Shown: positions 1-14,200 of the stretch, one piece after another
Layout: each line of letters opens with the position of its first letter
Position numbering within the stretch: the stretch's first letter is position 1
Origin: Antedon mediterranea
Lineage: Eukaryota > Animalia > Echinodermata
DNA length: 64,000 bases
Reading direction: 5' to 3'
NCBI RefSeq assembly: GCF_964355755.1
Contig: NC_092674.1
Location: 7,130,001-7,194,000, forward strand
Notes under the pieces: generated by a model
Seen by the model: only the letters and a program-made list of their open reading frames with translations
Databases searched by the model: none
What the model was told of the DNA's origin: nothing
Made by a program: the position numbers and the translations under genes

Positions 1-1700
1 CTTGACTGATGCGCTTTCTACCTGAGATTTCATTAATCGTATCCCAGGCCATCGATGATTGCTTATTCACCGAATATTGCTTAATCGAGTCAATCTTAGT
101 TTGCAGATAGGTTTCCAGTTCGATTTGATAGAGCCTCGTCAACTTTAACTTCTCTCTGTTGAATTTTGAGATGTTTTGGGGTGTAGGGTTAGCATTTTTA
201 CGAGTTGCTGATCGTTTGATCCTCTCTCGTTGGTCTTGAATAGCCTGCGTTTCCCAGGGTACTCTTTTGCGTTTTTTAGGTTTCAAGGGAATACAGTTGG
301 AAGCGGCTTCACAGTGTGCTTTCACAAAGTTTTCATAGGTGGTATCTGGATTGTCGATCACACTTTCATCTTGGAGAGCATCAAATCGATTTCTAATTTC
401 AATGGTGAACCGCACGAGGGTATTACCATCGTGTATTAAGGACTTCCAATAATATGGCGGAGGATTATCAAGTTTTTTGTTGTTTGCTCGAAGACTCAGT
501 CTTATACGGCTGGAAACGATGCGATGATCTGATATCACACTGGCAAAACTGTTATATGCTTCGCAGTTTAAGCAGCTGTTTTTCCATTTGTGGTTTATAA
601 GAAGGTAGTCAAGTTGAGCTTTTCTACCGTTTGCATATTGGAAGGTCCAAAGTTTACCCATTCTCTTTTGAAACTTGGTATTCAGAACCAGCAGCCGGTT
701 TTCAACAGCAAACTCCCGAAAAAGTTCACCGTTTCGGTTTGTCTGATCATGAAAGGAGAAAGTTTTGTTATTTTCCATACCAATTTGAGCGTTGAAATCT
801 CCTCCAATCAATAAAAGATTATGTTTTGGAACATCTCTAACTAACGAGGATAGTTCGATGTAGAATTGAGTGACCAAATCTTCATCTGCTACGTTTGTAG
901 GACTGTAGCAAGAGATAATTGTGGTTTCTGGGTTACCGTTGAAGTTTGCAATAATAATTCTGGAGTTGATTTTCTCGATTTTGTTAAGGGATTTAATTGC
1001 TCTGGGGCTTAGGAGTAAGCCGACGCCTCCTATGGTAGCGTTTATGTCATTTTTCGTAGCAGAGCTTGTGATGAGGGTCCAACCTTTGCCAGCATCGTTG
1101 TATTCTAATTCATTGGCTTCGTGAAGTATGCGATGTTCTTGAATACACACAACGTCAATTTTCCAATTTATCGAGTTTGCGATAAGTTCAGGTATCTGAT
1201 TGATGGTGTTCAAGGTACGAACATTAAAGGTTGAGATAATGATGAAGTTTTTGCATTTCAGCAAGTTCATTTTTGTTTTTGTTTTTGGATCTCTAGCTGA
1301 CTTTTCGGACTCCGCTGGAGAATCCAGGGCAGCGGTAGAACGCGCTCCTTGGTTAACCGCGCGACGAGCGATGCGGGATGAACGTCGGGGAAATTGTGTA
1401 GTCATTTAAATCTTTCGGTGGCTGAATATACTGACTGCGCTCGCCAATTCTACAGCCAGTTAAAAAAATAGTTATAACTTGTCGAAAGCTACTTCCAGAC
1501 ACAGAGGTTACAACTACCACTTTGCCGCCAGATGCTGGAACAGTCGCGCCATGGGTTTGCTTGCACTATCTTCGTCTGGTTTCTCCCCTTTGACCTGTCT
1601 GGCTTGGGTAGTCCTACCAGGAGCCGAGGCTCCCGCCAGCATAGCTCTCCGGATCAACAAAACACGCAAGCCAATCCACCACGTCAAGGTTTAGTGCAAG
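1..1700 (-). mobile_element. RTE-clade non-LTR retrotransposon, 5' part (5' UTR plus APE endonuclease ORF from ATG at 1405, running off the window)
   Basis: The minus frame reads MTTQFPRR..STFNVRTL..IDVVCIQEHR..GGVGLLL..IISCYSPTN and is also open at the window edge (AWDTINEISGRK). These are APE endonuclease motifs. The 5' UTR (1569-1693) resembles RTE/Expander leaders as I recall them. Confidence 0.85.
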
Positions 1701-1789
1701 GAGGTAAAATAGTACAAAAACAATAATATAAAAAACAAGTTAAATTAAAGATTATGATTGACTTATAAAATTATTTGGTAGAACAGAAA

Positions 1790-4560
1790 TGTGATTTAAC
1801 ATTTTTCTTAAAATTAAATTTGTTCTATTTGTTGAATGGAATGAGGTAGGTTATTCCATGCCTTTATGCCTGTATAATAAAACGTTTTAGATATATTTGA
1901 CTATCAGATTTAGGAACTGAAAAACCATTGACACTACTTCTAGTCATGTAATGGTGGTTAGATGAAACTCTTTGAAACTTTTCAGTCAAATAAGGTACTG
2001 ATTTTCTATAAAAAATCTTATGAACATGATTAAGTTTGAGTTGGCAAATTCTATCCTCTAGACATAATTGACCGATTTGGTTCAGTTCGTCTTTACCAAT
2101 ATGTGCACGATTATTTTTATTTAATATAAACCTAGCAACTTTATTTTGACTGGTTTGGAGTCTTTGTTTAAGTTTTTTTGAAAACCAGGAGCAACATGCA
2201 TAGTCAAAGTGGCAAGTAATCAGTGCCGAACATAGAATTTTACGAGAAAAGAAATTTAGACATGCAGAATGTCTATACAAAAATTTAAGTCTTGAATTAG
2301 TCTTACTAAGAACTTTTTGAACCATAGATTCTCCAGACAGGTCTTCATCAAGCAAACAACCAAGATATGAGATCATATTCTTCTTACATATCAACTTATT
2401 TTTAAACATAACAGCAAAATCATGAACATTCTTAAGTTTTCTTTTAGTACCAAACAATATTGATTCAGTTTTATCAGGATGTAATGATAGTTTGTTGTTT
2501 ATAAGCCAGTTGTTACATGATTCCAGGTTTGAACTTAAATCATTAGCTATTTGTCTAATATCATTACCAGAAGACAACAATATTGTATCATCAGCATATA
2601 ACATAATATTGCAATTTACACTAATTGGGATGTCATTCATGTAGCATATGAATAAAAGAGGTCCTAAAATGCTACCTTGCGGAACTCCGCTAGATATAGT
2701 ACATGGTTGAGACTGAACGCCATTTACTGATGTAATTTGTTTGCGATCTTTCAAATATGATTCAAACCATAATAAAGAATCTTTATCAATGCCCATATGA
2801 TGAACCAGTTTTTGCAATAATATCTGATGGTTGACTGTATCAAAAGCCTTTTGTATGTCAAGGACTACCAAACCTGTAAAGTTACCTTTAGATATTTCAG
2901 ATCTTATATGATCGGTTAAATTAATTAAAGCAGTATCAGTAGAATAATTTCCTCTAAAACCTGATTGAAAATCATTAATTACATTGTTTTCATTGAGATA
3001 GTTATGTAATTGTACAAAAACAGCTTTTTTGATTATCTTAGATATTACTGGTAAGATGCTAATAGGTCTATAATTACTAACTTCCTGCCTATTGTTCTTT
3101 TTAAATAATGGTGTGACCTTAGCAAATTTCATATCATTAGGAAAAACCTTTAGAGATAATGATAAATTAACAATATGTGTTATTGACTGAACAATAATAT
3201 TAGCTCCATCCTTAAGAAATCTAGCAGGAATGTTATCAAGTCCTGTACTTTTGCTAGGATTTAAAGAATTTAGTTGGTCAAGTACAAAATCATTAGATAT
3301 AGTTTGTAAAACGAAACTGTTCTTCTTTATCCCTTTGTTCTTATAGTATTGTTTGAAGGGTGTAGTATTAACACCAAATATATTATTACAATTTGGTAAT
3401 TTATCAGTTAACAAAGAAGCAACATTAGTGAACAATTTGTTGAAGAGATTAGCTACAGAAAATGGTTCAGTGCATGGATGACCATTATTATTAAGTACAA
3501 TTGTATTTTGAGATTTACTTTGTTGACTAAAACCTGTAGATTTTAGGGTTTGCCAAAGTTTTTTGGGATTACCCTTGTTTTCCTCAATCTTAGTTTTGAA
3601 ATATTCTGATTTAGCTTTCTTAACATCTCTTTGTATCTTATTTCTTAATTTACAATATTTAGAGTACATGTCTTTACAATGGAATTTCTTAAATAAAAAT
3701 AGGTGTTTGTCTCTTTGACGAATATCCAGAAGGATATTATCATTCATCCAAGGTTCAGTTCTACATTTAATTCTAACTTCTTTCACAGGAGCTATTTCGT
3801 CAATGACACCTAAAAATACAGTTTTAAACTTAAACCAAGCCTCATTTACTTTGTTACATGATAAAGTTGACTCCCAATTAACATTAGCAAGTTTGTTAAG
3901 CAAAGACTCCTTATTGTAATGTCTCATGCTACGAATACGTATTGTATTATGTCTGTTAATTTGACATCTCCATATTTTACGGGTACAATATGTGATCAAG
4001 TGATCACTTAGACCAACATTTAAAGTACCATATTGTAATATTTTTTCTTTTGAATTGGTAATTATATGATCAAGAGTAGTAGCTGTAGTATCGGTTATTC
4101 TAGTAGGGATGTCTATAATTTGAGAACAATTAAATAAACTTAATACATCTTTATACCTTTTCAATAGTGGTTCATCTTGACTATTAAAATTAATATTAAA
4201 ATCACCTAAAAGATACAATTCACAATCAGATCTTAAGTTTAAGAAGGATGATTTTCAAGAAATGCTTTACAAGTGGGAGGGCGATAAAAACATCCAACAG
4301 CAATAGGTTTCGACTTGGGTAGCAATATATCAATCCAAATTGATTCTAGACTGTCAATATTCATTTCAGGTTTTGTATTGAACGATACATCATTTCTTAT
4401 GTCACACTCCTCCTCCATTTCGATTTCTGTCTTTCCTTGTGATTGTATAACCTTGAATCTCTACTTCAGCATCTGTTACACTGTTGTCTAACCAAGTTTC
4501 CATTTTTGGAAGTAGCGAACGAATATTGAGGTGTACAAAATGTAAGCCTCGTTTTTTGAA
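1790..4560 (-). mobile_element. CR1/L2-group LINE, ORF2 (degenerate endonuclease plus reverse transcriptase)
   Basis: ORF 1864-4218 has LLGDFN, TLDHI, NYRPISILP, QSGFR, DIQKAFD, GVPQGSILGP and YADD. The upstream fragment 4402-4560 (HLNIRSL..ETWL..RKDRNRNGGGV) is frameshifted and internally deleted. Confidence 0.93.
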
Positions 4561-5128
4561 ACAGTTTAAATTAATAATGGATAAGGATGTACTGTACAGT
4601 AGGTTTGGTAATATACTGTACAGATGTATTTTATGTGCGAGTAAAGTCAGTCGTATTGAACTGGGGAATTCATTATTTAGACCTTGCACCATAATACGAT
4701 AGTACAGTATATCACATGTACAGTAACCTACTGTACAGCACCATGCCTCAACCCTTGTCTTTTGAAAATCATGTGTGCTACAAATTGCACTCCATACATT
4801 CAGGGGTGCTGTAGGTGTGCTGTTTGTATTTTGGTGTGTACAAGTTTACCAAATTGAGGCGTGTTGTATTGTAAATAGCACTCCTCAAGGGCAGTTTAGG
4901 AGTGTGTTACAGTAGGTGGTGAGTGATCGCACTCACTTGTCTTAAAAGACAAGGCCTGATGCCTCCCAGAAGACTACTGTACCTTAATAGCCTCTTTATA
5001 ATATTTTGGAATCTTTCATTCATCCACACATTTTTCTCCCGATATGAGTATAGAGTACTTTTATGGACAAATTTAGTACAGTAGGAATAATAATGTAATA
5101 ATATATTTAATAATCTTGTTATTTTTAG

Positions 5129-5272
5129 GAGGTGGTGTAAAGCGTACATTATCAGGACTTGGTGGTAATTCAGTTCTACATCTACCATCAGCCTTAAGTT
5201 ATTTACCCCACATCAATGGCAAACCTGGAAGTTTACAGCCTGCTTTCCAGCTGTCTCAGGGCATTTCACGAG
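5129..5272 (+). CDS. MGAT4B: MGAT4 exon (stem region)
   Basis: ttttag|..[32 protein letters not shown]|gtaag. Confidence 0.85.
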
Positions 5273-8200
5273 GTAAGTAGATGTGCTAGTACAGGCAACT
5301 CTCCCAATACCAGACTCTCTGAATTTAACCAGAACCTCTCCCGATACCAGACTTTTCCAAGTCCAAATTGTCCCAAATATTGGGTAATTGGGAGAGTATA
5401 ATATATAAGGGGGGTTTTGTTTACTGAATATGTACTGTATCAGCAGTTTTCCATGGTTAAAAACAGTCAGTGAAATATGACAATAATGATAATACAGTAG
5501 AACCTTCATTTTACGTACGGTACGGGACCGAAAGGCGTACGTAAAAAAAAGAGATTCGTAAAATCAAGGTTGACCTTAAATTGACCCCAAATATAGATCG
5601 TAGCTATAAAGGCTACCGTGTTTGCCTAGGCCTACTTTACTGTACAGCATGCAGGTGGTCACTAGCTAGGCCTTGCCTAGACTATTCAGGCCAGGCTAGC
5701 AGGCCTAGCAAGATGTGAGGCCTAACTAGAAAAGTACACAGTATACAGCCTGTGCGTTTAATATCAATAATGTTCTTGTATTTTCTATCAATAAAAACGG
5801 TCGCTAACTGTAGGGGGAATGCACGTGTGTAGCTTGTCTCACACAGCAGAATTCCTTACACAGCCATGGCTTTGTTTGTTGTTGTTAAATTGCGCCCTCA
5901 ATGTAAGAAAATGATGACGTCATCCGTTATTTTAAGCGTACGTAAAATCCAGGGAACGTAAAATTAGGGTACGTAAAACACAGGTTCTACTGTAATACTA
6001 ATAGCGAAAAATGCATGGGGCCTTTCTAAGTGCTGAATAATACACGGAAATAATTTTAAAGAAGAGCAAATTAATGATGAAAGTGCAAATTACAAAGGTG
6101 GGATATGAGGATAACACCACAGCATTATTTCCTAGTTTTTGTGTGGTTTTGTAATATTTTCATGACATAACCAAAATACCAGAGTTTCTATTGAAGATTT
6201 GCAACATTACCATAATATTTAAGTTGGGTTTTGTTTACTGATGTATCAGCGGTTTTTCCATGATTGTCACTGTCAATGTGTCATGACACATTTGGTAATA
6301 TTGTCATGACACAACCAAAATTCCAGAGATAGATTCAACTGTTTCTGGTAGTTAGCATGTTACTGTATGTAGCTACTGGACTAGACTATATAGTATTAGT
6401 ACTATATGTATTGTTACCACCTATAAAACCATGTGATACATTTGAATGAGTTTTTCTGCAATTAATTGCCAATAATCAGGCTCTATGGTAATTGATTCTG
6501 TACACCCAATTTTCCAATTGTAAACAAACTTGTGAGAAATAAAAATAACCCTTGTTTGGTCTGTTGATTTGATTACCTGTTTTGTGGGAAATGAATATTA
6601 ATTGCTTTATTATGAATGTTCATAGAAGAAACAGACAACTGATAGTGCATAAATAATAATCAGTTGTCTACTATTTATAATCTACTGTAATGCTTTGTCT
6701 ATGGGCCTGTTTCTGCTGCAACTGCTCAAAATACGGTATAAAAATACGGTATTTTTTATACCGTATTTTTTAGTACCCCGTTTCTGCTAACAATACTTCT
6801 TGGGTGGTCGTGTTAAATTTCATCTTTTTTACCCAAATTGCCATTCATTTATTTGATCGATAATTAAAAGTCGCAATAAAGGAAGTTTTACGTCTCACTT
6901 TCAACAGCCTAGCCCTAGTGATAGAGATGTTGTGAGAGCACAGAAAACATCGTAATGGGGACAATTAATTCGTTCCCTCCCCGAGTTATTGTATTTTGCA
7001 ATGTTGTACTGCTTTCGCAGGCTCTTCAGCTTTGAGTTTACTTGCTTTGGAGACAAGTCTATTCCATACTCCTGCTTTATTTTTTTAGAAATGTCTTTAT
7101 AAATGTGGTTGTCCCTTTTATTACCTTTTAGTTGGCCAGACATTTTAGCTTCCCCACACACATTTATTTAGTAAAACTGTGACGTCTTCGCTCCACATTT
7201 TCGCCGAATATATCTATACACGTGTGTAAAGCAGCTGACAGCGACAGAAAATAAAAACACGAATGGTGACCTTTTGTCATGTAAAAAAGAAATACGGTAT
7301 TTTTTATTGGCAGCAGAAACGGGTACAAAAAGTACGGTATAAATTTGTAAATACCGTATTTTATCCACAAATTTTGTGGGGAAAATACGGTATACAAAAT
7401 ACGGTATACAAAATACGGTATATTTTTTATGAGCGCAGTTTCTGCTGCCAAAAATATACCGTATATATACGGTATTCAAAAAATACCGTATAATATACGG
7501 TATTTAGTTGGCAGCCGAAACAGGGCCTATCAAACTAGTTTGACAAAAAAGTGTGATGTGCCAAAATATAGTGGTGATATTCCCAAATATGGTAATGATG
7601 ACCTTATCTGATAGTGTTGACAGAGCTTTAGATTGAGAGAATGAACATTTTGGCTGTACCATCCAAAGAAACTCATTTTTTAAGATACAAAGCCTGTACA
7701 TAGTAAAATGGATTGTGCTGTGCGATCCTACTGTGTGTGTCTATATAATATTGCAGCCGGAGCAGAGCTTGGTATGTAGCATGCCTAGGCTTAATTAAGC
7801 ACCTGTCTTAAAAGAAATAATAGCTACTTAACCCTCACATATTGTCACTTGGTTTAACATTGTACATTTTATATTATTATGGCACTGTTATTTTAACTGC
7901 CTGCAGGTTTCTTATTCTTTCTTGTAATGATGGTGTGGAACTTTAAAACACTTCATGAAATTTAATTAAAGATTTTTAAACAGATGGTATTAGTCTATAC
8001 TGTGTGAGGAATTAGATCATGTTAACTGTTACATACTGTAAATTGAAAAGGATGAGGGATAGTAAAATTTTACTGTAGTTTCCCTGACATGACGGTACAG
8101 TAGATGAAAATTGTAAATGTTATAAAGATTTAGTTAAAGATATTGTCCCTCTAAATTGTTTTTATTTGTATTGAATTGAATATGAAATTTTAATGTCACA

Positions 8201-11200
8201 GTTAGGGTTTTTGGTTATTAAAATTAACACAGTTTCTTTTGTCTTTTTATTTTAAATAATTATTTGTTTTAATTTTTTTTTTTACAGTAAGTGATAACAT
8301 TATAACTGAAAAATGGCCTAAAGTCTAATTTGGTTAAATCTTAATTTTTCATGTTTTTGGGGGACAATAAATCTTTAAGCTTGAGGACCAGTATTAAATA
8401 TCTTTACCTTTATACCTTTTACAGCACCTCAAAATGTATTATTTTAGTAGTAATATTATTGCTCAAAATGAATTATTGTTTTTTAAATCTGATGAAGCTT
8501 TTCTACAAAACTATGTTTCGTAGTATTACTACTACTAGTAATATATACTGTACAGTAAACGCTATACAGTATGTACTATATGTTTCAAATAAGGCTGTTT
8601 GTCAGTTTCGAAATTATATAAATTGCAATAATGCATGCCAGAGGTCATAATCATTAATAGGGATGTAGAGACTATGTTTATTATACCCGTCCATAGGGAC
8701 CAAGTCCCTGCACACACCTCAGGTCTCCAGGTACCTCTGTCTGAAATGCTTGTTTAGACATCCTGTTTACGTGCTTTACAGTGATACGATAAAACCATTT
8801 TTTTGGAAAGTGGTTTAATAGTACACTGTATTATTATAATGATTAAATATTTTACATTCTTAGAAATACTATTTTTATAATAATAGAGGTCGAAATTTAA
8901 TGTGAAAATGAAAAGTATAAATCATATAAATAAATCATAGAAATATTATTAAGGAACACATTTAATGGATATAATGACCTTTTTCAAATGAAAATGGTCA
9001 TTTCACTTCTAGCTAAAACTGTATGTTTTTAAATTTGTGCACCTGTTGATATAATGTCATTCTTTGTAATGTATGTGATTTTATTTTTTCAAGTATTATT
9101 TTTGTTGTCTCCAGTTTCGATTATGATTGGATATAGTTCCATCATTATTTGTATATTTTTTTTATCTCCAATTGTGATTAGATATATTTAATTTAATGCC
9201 ATCATTATTTGTAATGTTATTGTATATTTTGTATTATTTTCTTATTTCCAGTTTCGATTGTTATTGGAATTCCAACGATAAAAAGAGATATAGAAAGTTA
9301 CATCATTCCGACGCTACGTTCTCTACTTGATGGCTTATCTCCTGAAGAGAAGTTAGATTGTCTGATTGTTGTATTCATAGCTGAGGTAAGGGAATATAGC
9401 TTTAGTTTTTTGAGTGATGGTGTAATGATAAGGGAAATCTGGCTAGTATGTGATAGGCGTGGGTTCAGGCATGTATTTATTGTATCCTGTTCCGGCACGG
9501 TTATGGTCCGGAGAATCAAATGCCAATGTTTCGTTTTCACGACGCTCCACGCAACTATGCGGCAATCGATATGCTCGTAGCTGCATAAAAAAACGAAACA
9601 TTGACGTTCGATTGAATTTGCCGCCGTCGGACCGGATACGGTGCCGGAACAGGTGTGAAAGAACCTTTAGACAAGACACTTTACTCTCATTACCTTGTCC
9701 TTCGAATTGGGACGTAAAGCCATTGGTCTCATGTGCATACAGTGCTTTTTAAAATAAACAGGGGATCGTCTACCCTATTCTTTAAACAAGACTCTTTACT
9801 CTCATTACCTTGTCCTTCGGATTGGGATGTAAGGCCATTGGTCTCTTGTGCTTGTTAAAATGAACAGGGGATCGTCTACCCATGTGCTGATCTGGTAAGC
9901 GCTCAACTGCTGGCTGCTATAGGCCTGTAGAGGACATAATTTATATCCTCGGTTCCCAGTTAAGCTTGATGACAATTAATAGATTCTTTTATCACTATAC
10001 GTTTCTTTTATTTCCCAAAAATAAATTATAAACATAAATAAAACAATATCAAAATGAACGGCTAAAAAATAGTCGGAACTTATCAAGTTCCGCCCCTAAA
10101 CATTGAAGGATAAATACTGAATAATTATTAGTAAAAATAACCTTTTATAAACTTATATGGATTGCAATAACATCAATAAAGACCTATAAAATAATCTATT
10201 AATACAGAGAAATAGGAACAGCATGGATGAGGGAATAAAGATTGAAGTGATGCACTGAGGAATAACTATTACCATTTTAGAGAAGAAGAACTTAGCTGGC
10301 TGAAACCCCAACATTATTTATAAAAATATTTATTGCTTTAAAATATTAAAATATGGTTAAAACAGGTTAGTCCATATATGGAATAATTTATTCTGTCAGT
10401 GTCGTCAATCAATCCTGTGTTTTATATGATTATTGATTAGTTTATGGTAATCGCATCTTCTTTTTTAAAATTATTGTTTAATAAATAAAGATCACCACTT
10501 TGTTATTATAAATAATTGAGAACAACTGGCTTCATGAATTAAATGCATTAATAGCCTCAAATAAAGCATCAGCTCGTTCTCGGCAAATGATTTATTGTGT
10601 GGTATATCAATTATATTTTTTGTTTACGATGGTATCATCCATTTTCTTTTGTTATTTAGATAGTTAATAGTTAATAAAAAAAAAAGTAATATTTCATACA
10701 GGTTTGCACTTTTAGTTGTATTATAAACATGCAATATACTGTTTAGTGTTTGATCCTACTATAGACCAGGCTTTAGGAATTAATTTATTTGATGGTAATT
10801 GAATAGAACATCTTAGCAATTATATTTAATTAATCAATTAATTCCATATGCTTTTAGTGTGTTTAATTGTAAATCACTAACTGCATACAATACAAGTCGA
10901 ATTTGAACTACACTACACATCATTAATTATTAATAATATTAATAATAATAGGACCATATTTCATGGCTTAAGCATAGTAGTCTGTGTGGCTTAAATTGGC
11001 CAAAAATAACAACAAAAACCTGTTTTTTAATTGTTATTGATTATCATTGGTAATTGTTAATCCAAAGTCAACATAACAGTATGTTTCACCATCAAGCAAT
11101 TAAAATGATGTTACTGAGGTGGGGCGGACATACTTATCATCAATCAGTCTTCCATCCAGGCCTTTCTTCACCTACTGTACTGTAGCTTTACTTGTAACCC

Positions 11201-14200
11201 AAGACAACTTGCTGACCCTATATACAGTATATCCTTAATTTTTTAACACCCACATCTAGCTATATCCCTTAGGATTTATCTACATAAGTAGAGAGGTCTA
11301 GGGGTGGATATCGAAAACTTAAAGATATGTTGGTATGTTTGTTTGTATGTACTTTTGTTACTGTTATGTATATGTTAAGGGGGGATGTGGATAGAGGTGA
11401 TTGTCACCTGTTATGTATATGTTAAGGGGGATGTGGATAGAGGTGATTGTCACCTGTTATGTATATGTTAAGGGGGGATGTGGATAGAGGTGATTGTCAC
11501 CTGTTCATCCCTTTCTTTTTGCTGTTTTTGTATGCAGTGATAAAGTTTAATAAATAAAAAATAATAAAAATGTGGGAAAAAATTAAAAAGCAATTTCAGG
11601 TACTCAAAGGTTTCTTGGGTGGGTGATGTGTTTAGATTAGGCTAGGCAGAAGACCTCAAGCTTAGGTTGATTGGAACACTTAAAAGTTGGGGAGGGGGAG
11701 GACACACCCAGGTTGTAACAATTATAATGAAGTGCCGAAATGAACTTGTGTCATATCTTTTGCATTGTAATGTAAATCTTGAAATTTAGGTATCCCAGGC
11801 CTCCCATCGAACTAATCATGGATTGACATGACACATACTGTAATATAAAATGTTAGTTTCTTTACTTTGTTAAATATCTTTCATACGCATTGATGAACCA
11901 TATTTCATAATGTAATATAACTATATCAGTGAATTTCCCACGCAATGATTAGCCTACAAGAAAGATAATATGACAATTTTTACTATGTATTGTGAAAATA
12001 ATCCTAACAGGTATTCAAAATATTTATTAAGGCCATGAAATTTCAAGGAAAATTGGTATTATATAGTGTTATTTATAACCTAGGCCTACATTGTGTATGA
12101 ACAATTGTGTCTGGTAGTGTTGGCATTACTAGGTAGTGATTGGGCAACTTCATCAGGAAGGTGATCAATGGTACATATACCATATTATATCCTGTTTTGT
12201 TGTTCCATTGTCCTACATTTAGATCAACCTTTCTAAAAAAGTATACAGAGCTTCAGAAAAAAAAAATAGCTGCATCTTAAGCTCTGTCTACACTATCAAA
12301 CTAGCTTGATGTGCCCATGGAAATGATGATCTCATATCACTACTGCTAGTTTGATAGTGTAGACAGAGCTTAAGATGCAGCTACTTTTTTTGTGTAGAGC
12401 TTTAGCCTTGGTATATTAACTACAATCTATGTACTTTCAATTTTAGATAAAGTGGGCTGTTATATTTGATGTAAAGAACTAGAGGTATATGACATTGCTT
12501 CAATGTATTGCCAGTTGAATAGCTGAATGCTGTACAATCGATACAGCAGTGTCTTGATTGGAGTTACTCCCTGGCATAGATTCACATAGGTCCCAACTTG
12601 GGAAAGTACATTCGCAGGAGATTTTGTCGTGAACCACATTCAATTCGTCGGGGCGTCGAAAAAAAGTCAACGCGCGGGGAATCGAAAATCAACACGCGTG
12701 TCATTTACGTCTCTTGATTAACTAAATATGTTACATATACAGTATATACAATATTTACACATAAGTTGGCTTAAATTTTACATAGGTTCCATCAGTATTT
12801 TTACATTCTTATTTTTTTTATGGACACACCCTCAGTACAAAGAATTTAAAAAATATATACTGTATTTTAACTAAAATTCAGTATATAAAATAATTTAACT
12901 TAATTACATAATGTACAATATTTACACATGATAGTATTGCCCAATAGAATTTACTCATTTTTTTTAGGCACAGGCCTAGGCCTAGCCTAGGGCTTCTACT
13001 TCTAGGCCCTAGCTAGCTACCATTTTAAAACCCAAAAACAATCGAAATAACTATTCCGAATCCGTCTTATGCTACATTACGCGAGTTAACATATTATTTC
13101 AGATGAAAAACATTGAGTTTTATATTGTTTTATCCATACGTAATTACACTGGCATTATTGATATAACATTAAAATGTAGGCCGTTTATGAGCTACTTCGC
13201 CGATTTCTTATCGCTGGGAAATTCCCCACCAGGAACAACATCGATCGATCGAGGAGTAGGCCTAGGCTAGAGGCCTAGCGTGCATGATGCCGGAACGGGT
13301 GGATTATTGCTATATAAATAACAAGTTTAAACAAAAGAGCTTACGACAATCTTAGGTAAATTTTTATTAAATGTAGGCCTACTTGCTTGGCGAAGCCATG
13401 CCTTTTAAATCATTTAACATGTTCGTATTATCGGATCGTACAGTAAAACCAAATAAAACACCGCCTCAACACTCGTGCGATGTGCGATCTGTTGTTCTTT
13501 GCAGCGGATCAACATTGGTAGAGTCCATTAATTATGAGGGTGTTTAAAAATGTAATAACTATTAAAAACGTGTCTCAACCACTGTGTAACCAAAGCGTTT
13601 ATTTAGTTAAAACTTGGATCATCCCAAAATTGATAATCGCGTATTCCGGTTACCACGTGATTGATTCACGGTTGGTTGCACGTTTCTTTTTTTTCTACTT
13701 CCGGCGTGTAGTACCGTGCATGTTTATATTATTGTTTACGGTTTAACAAAGGCAGTGCATACAAATAAAAATACAATATAGACCACAGAGACTGCATGAA
13801 TAGACATTGTTTCAACATCCTGCCTCACTTTTGTCTGGTTATTGACTATTGTTGACCTGGGCTGAGCCTGGGTGTAACCGTAAATTAATTTGTCAAAAAA
13901 TATGGGGAAATTTGAAAATGCGGTAAAAAAAATCAAAATGCGGTAGAAAACGTCGAGATCGCGATAGATGGGTACTAAAAGCGGTAGACTACCGCGAGTA
14001 GCGGTAGACTTGGGACCCCTGGATTCAGTCAGTGCAAACACAAATTAACTTCTTCATTAACTTAGCTTAGCATGATTATGTTCCTACCCCAGGTTAAAAA
14101 TAGAGTGGTTTATTCCATGGATTTAATGAATAAAATCTATTCGTTAATACATGGTTATACAGAGAGGTAGTACACTATTTCACAACCAAACTCATGTTTG

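Noticed and set aside
230-1726. Plus-strand short ORFs
   Set aside because: They are antisense shadows of the minus-strand RTE element.
6901-7161. Host Myb/SANT transcription-factor gene
   Set aside because: It lies inside a TIR/TSD-bounded element present twice in the window, and the ORF lacks an ATG start.
7164-7701. Overlapping Tyr/Ile-rich ORFs (also 44569-45003)
   Set aside because: They are artefacts of the ATACCGTAT subterminal repeats.
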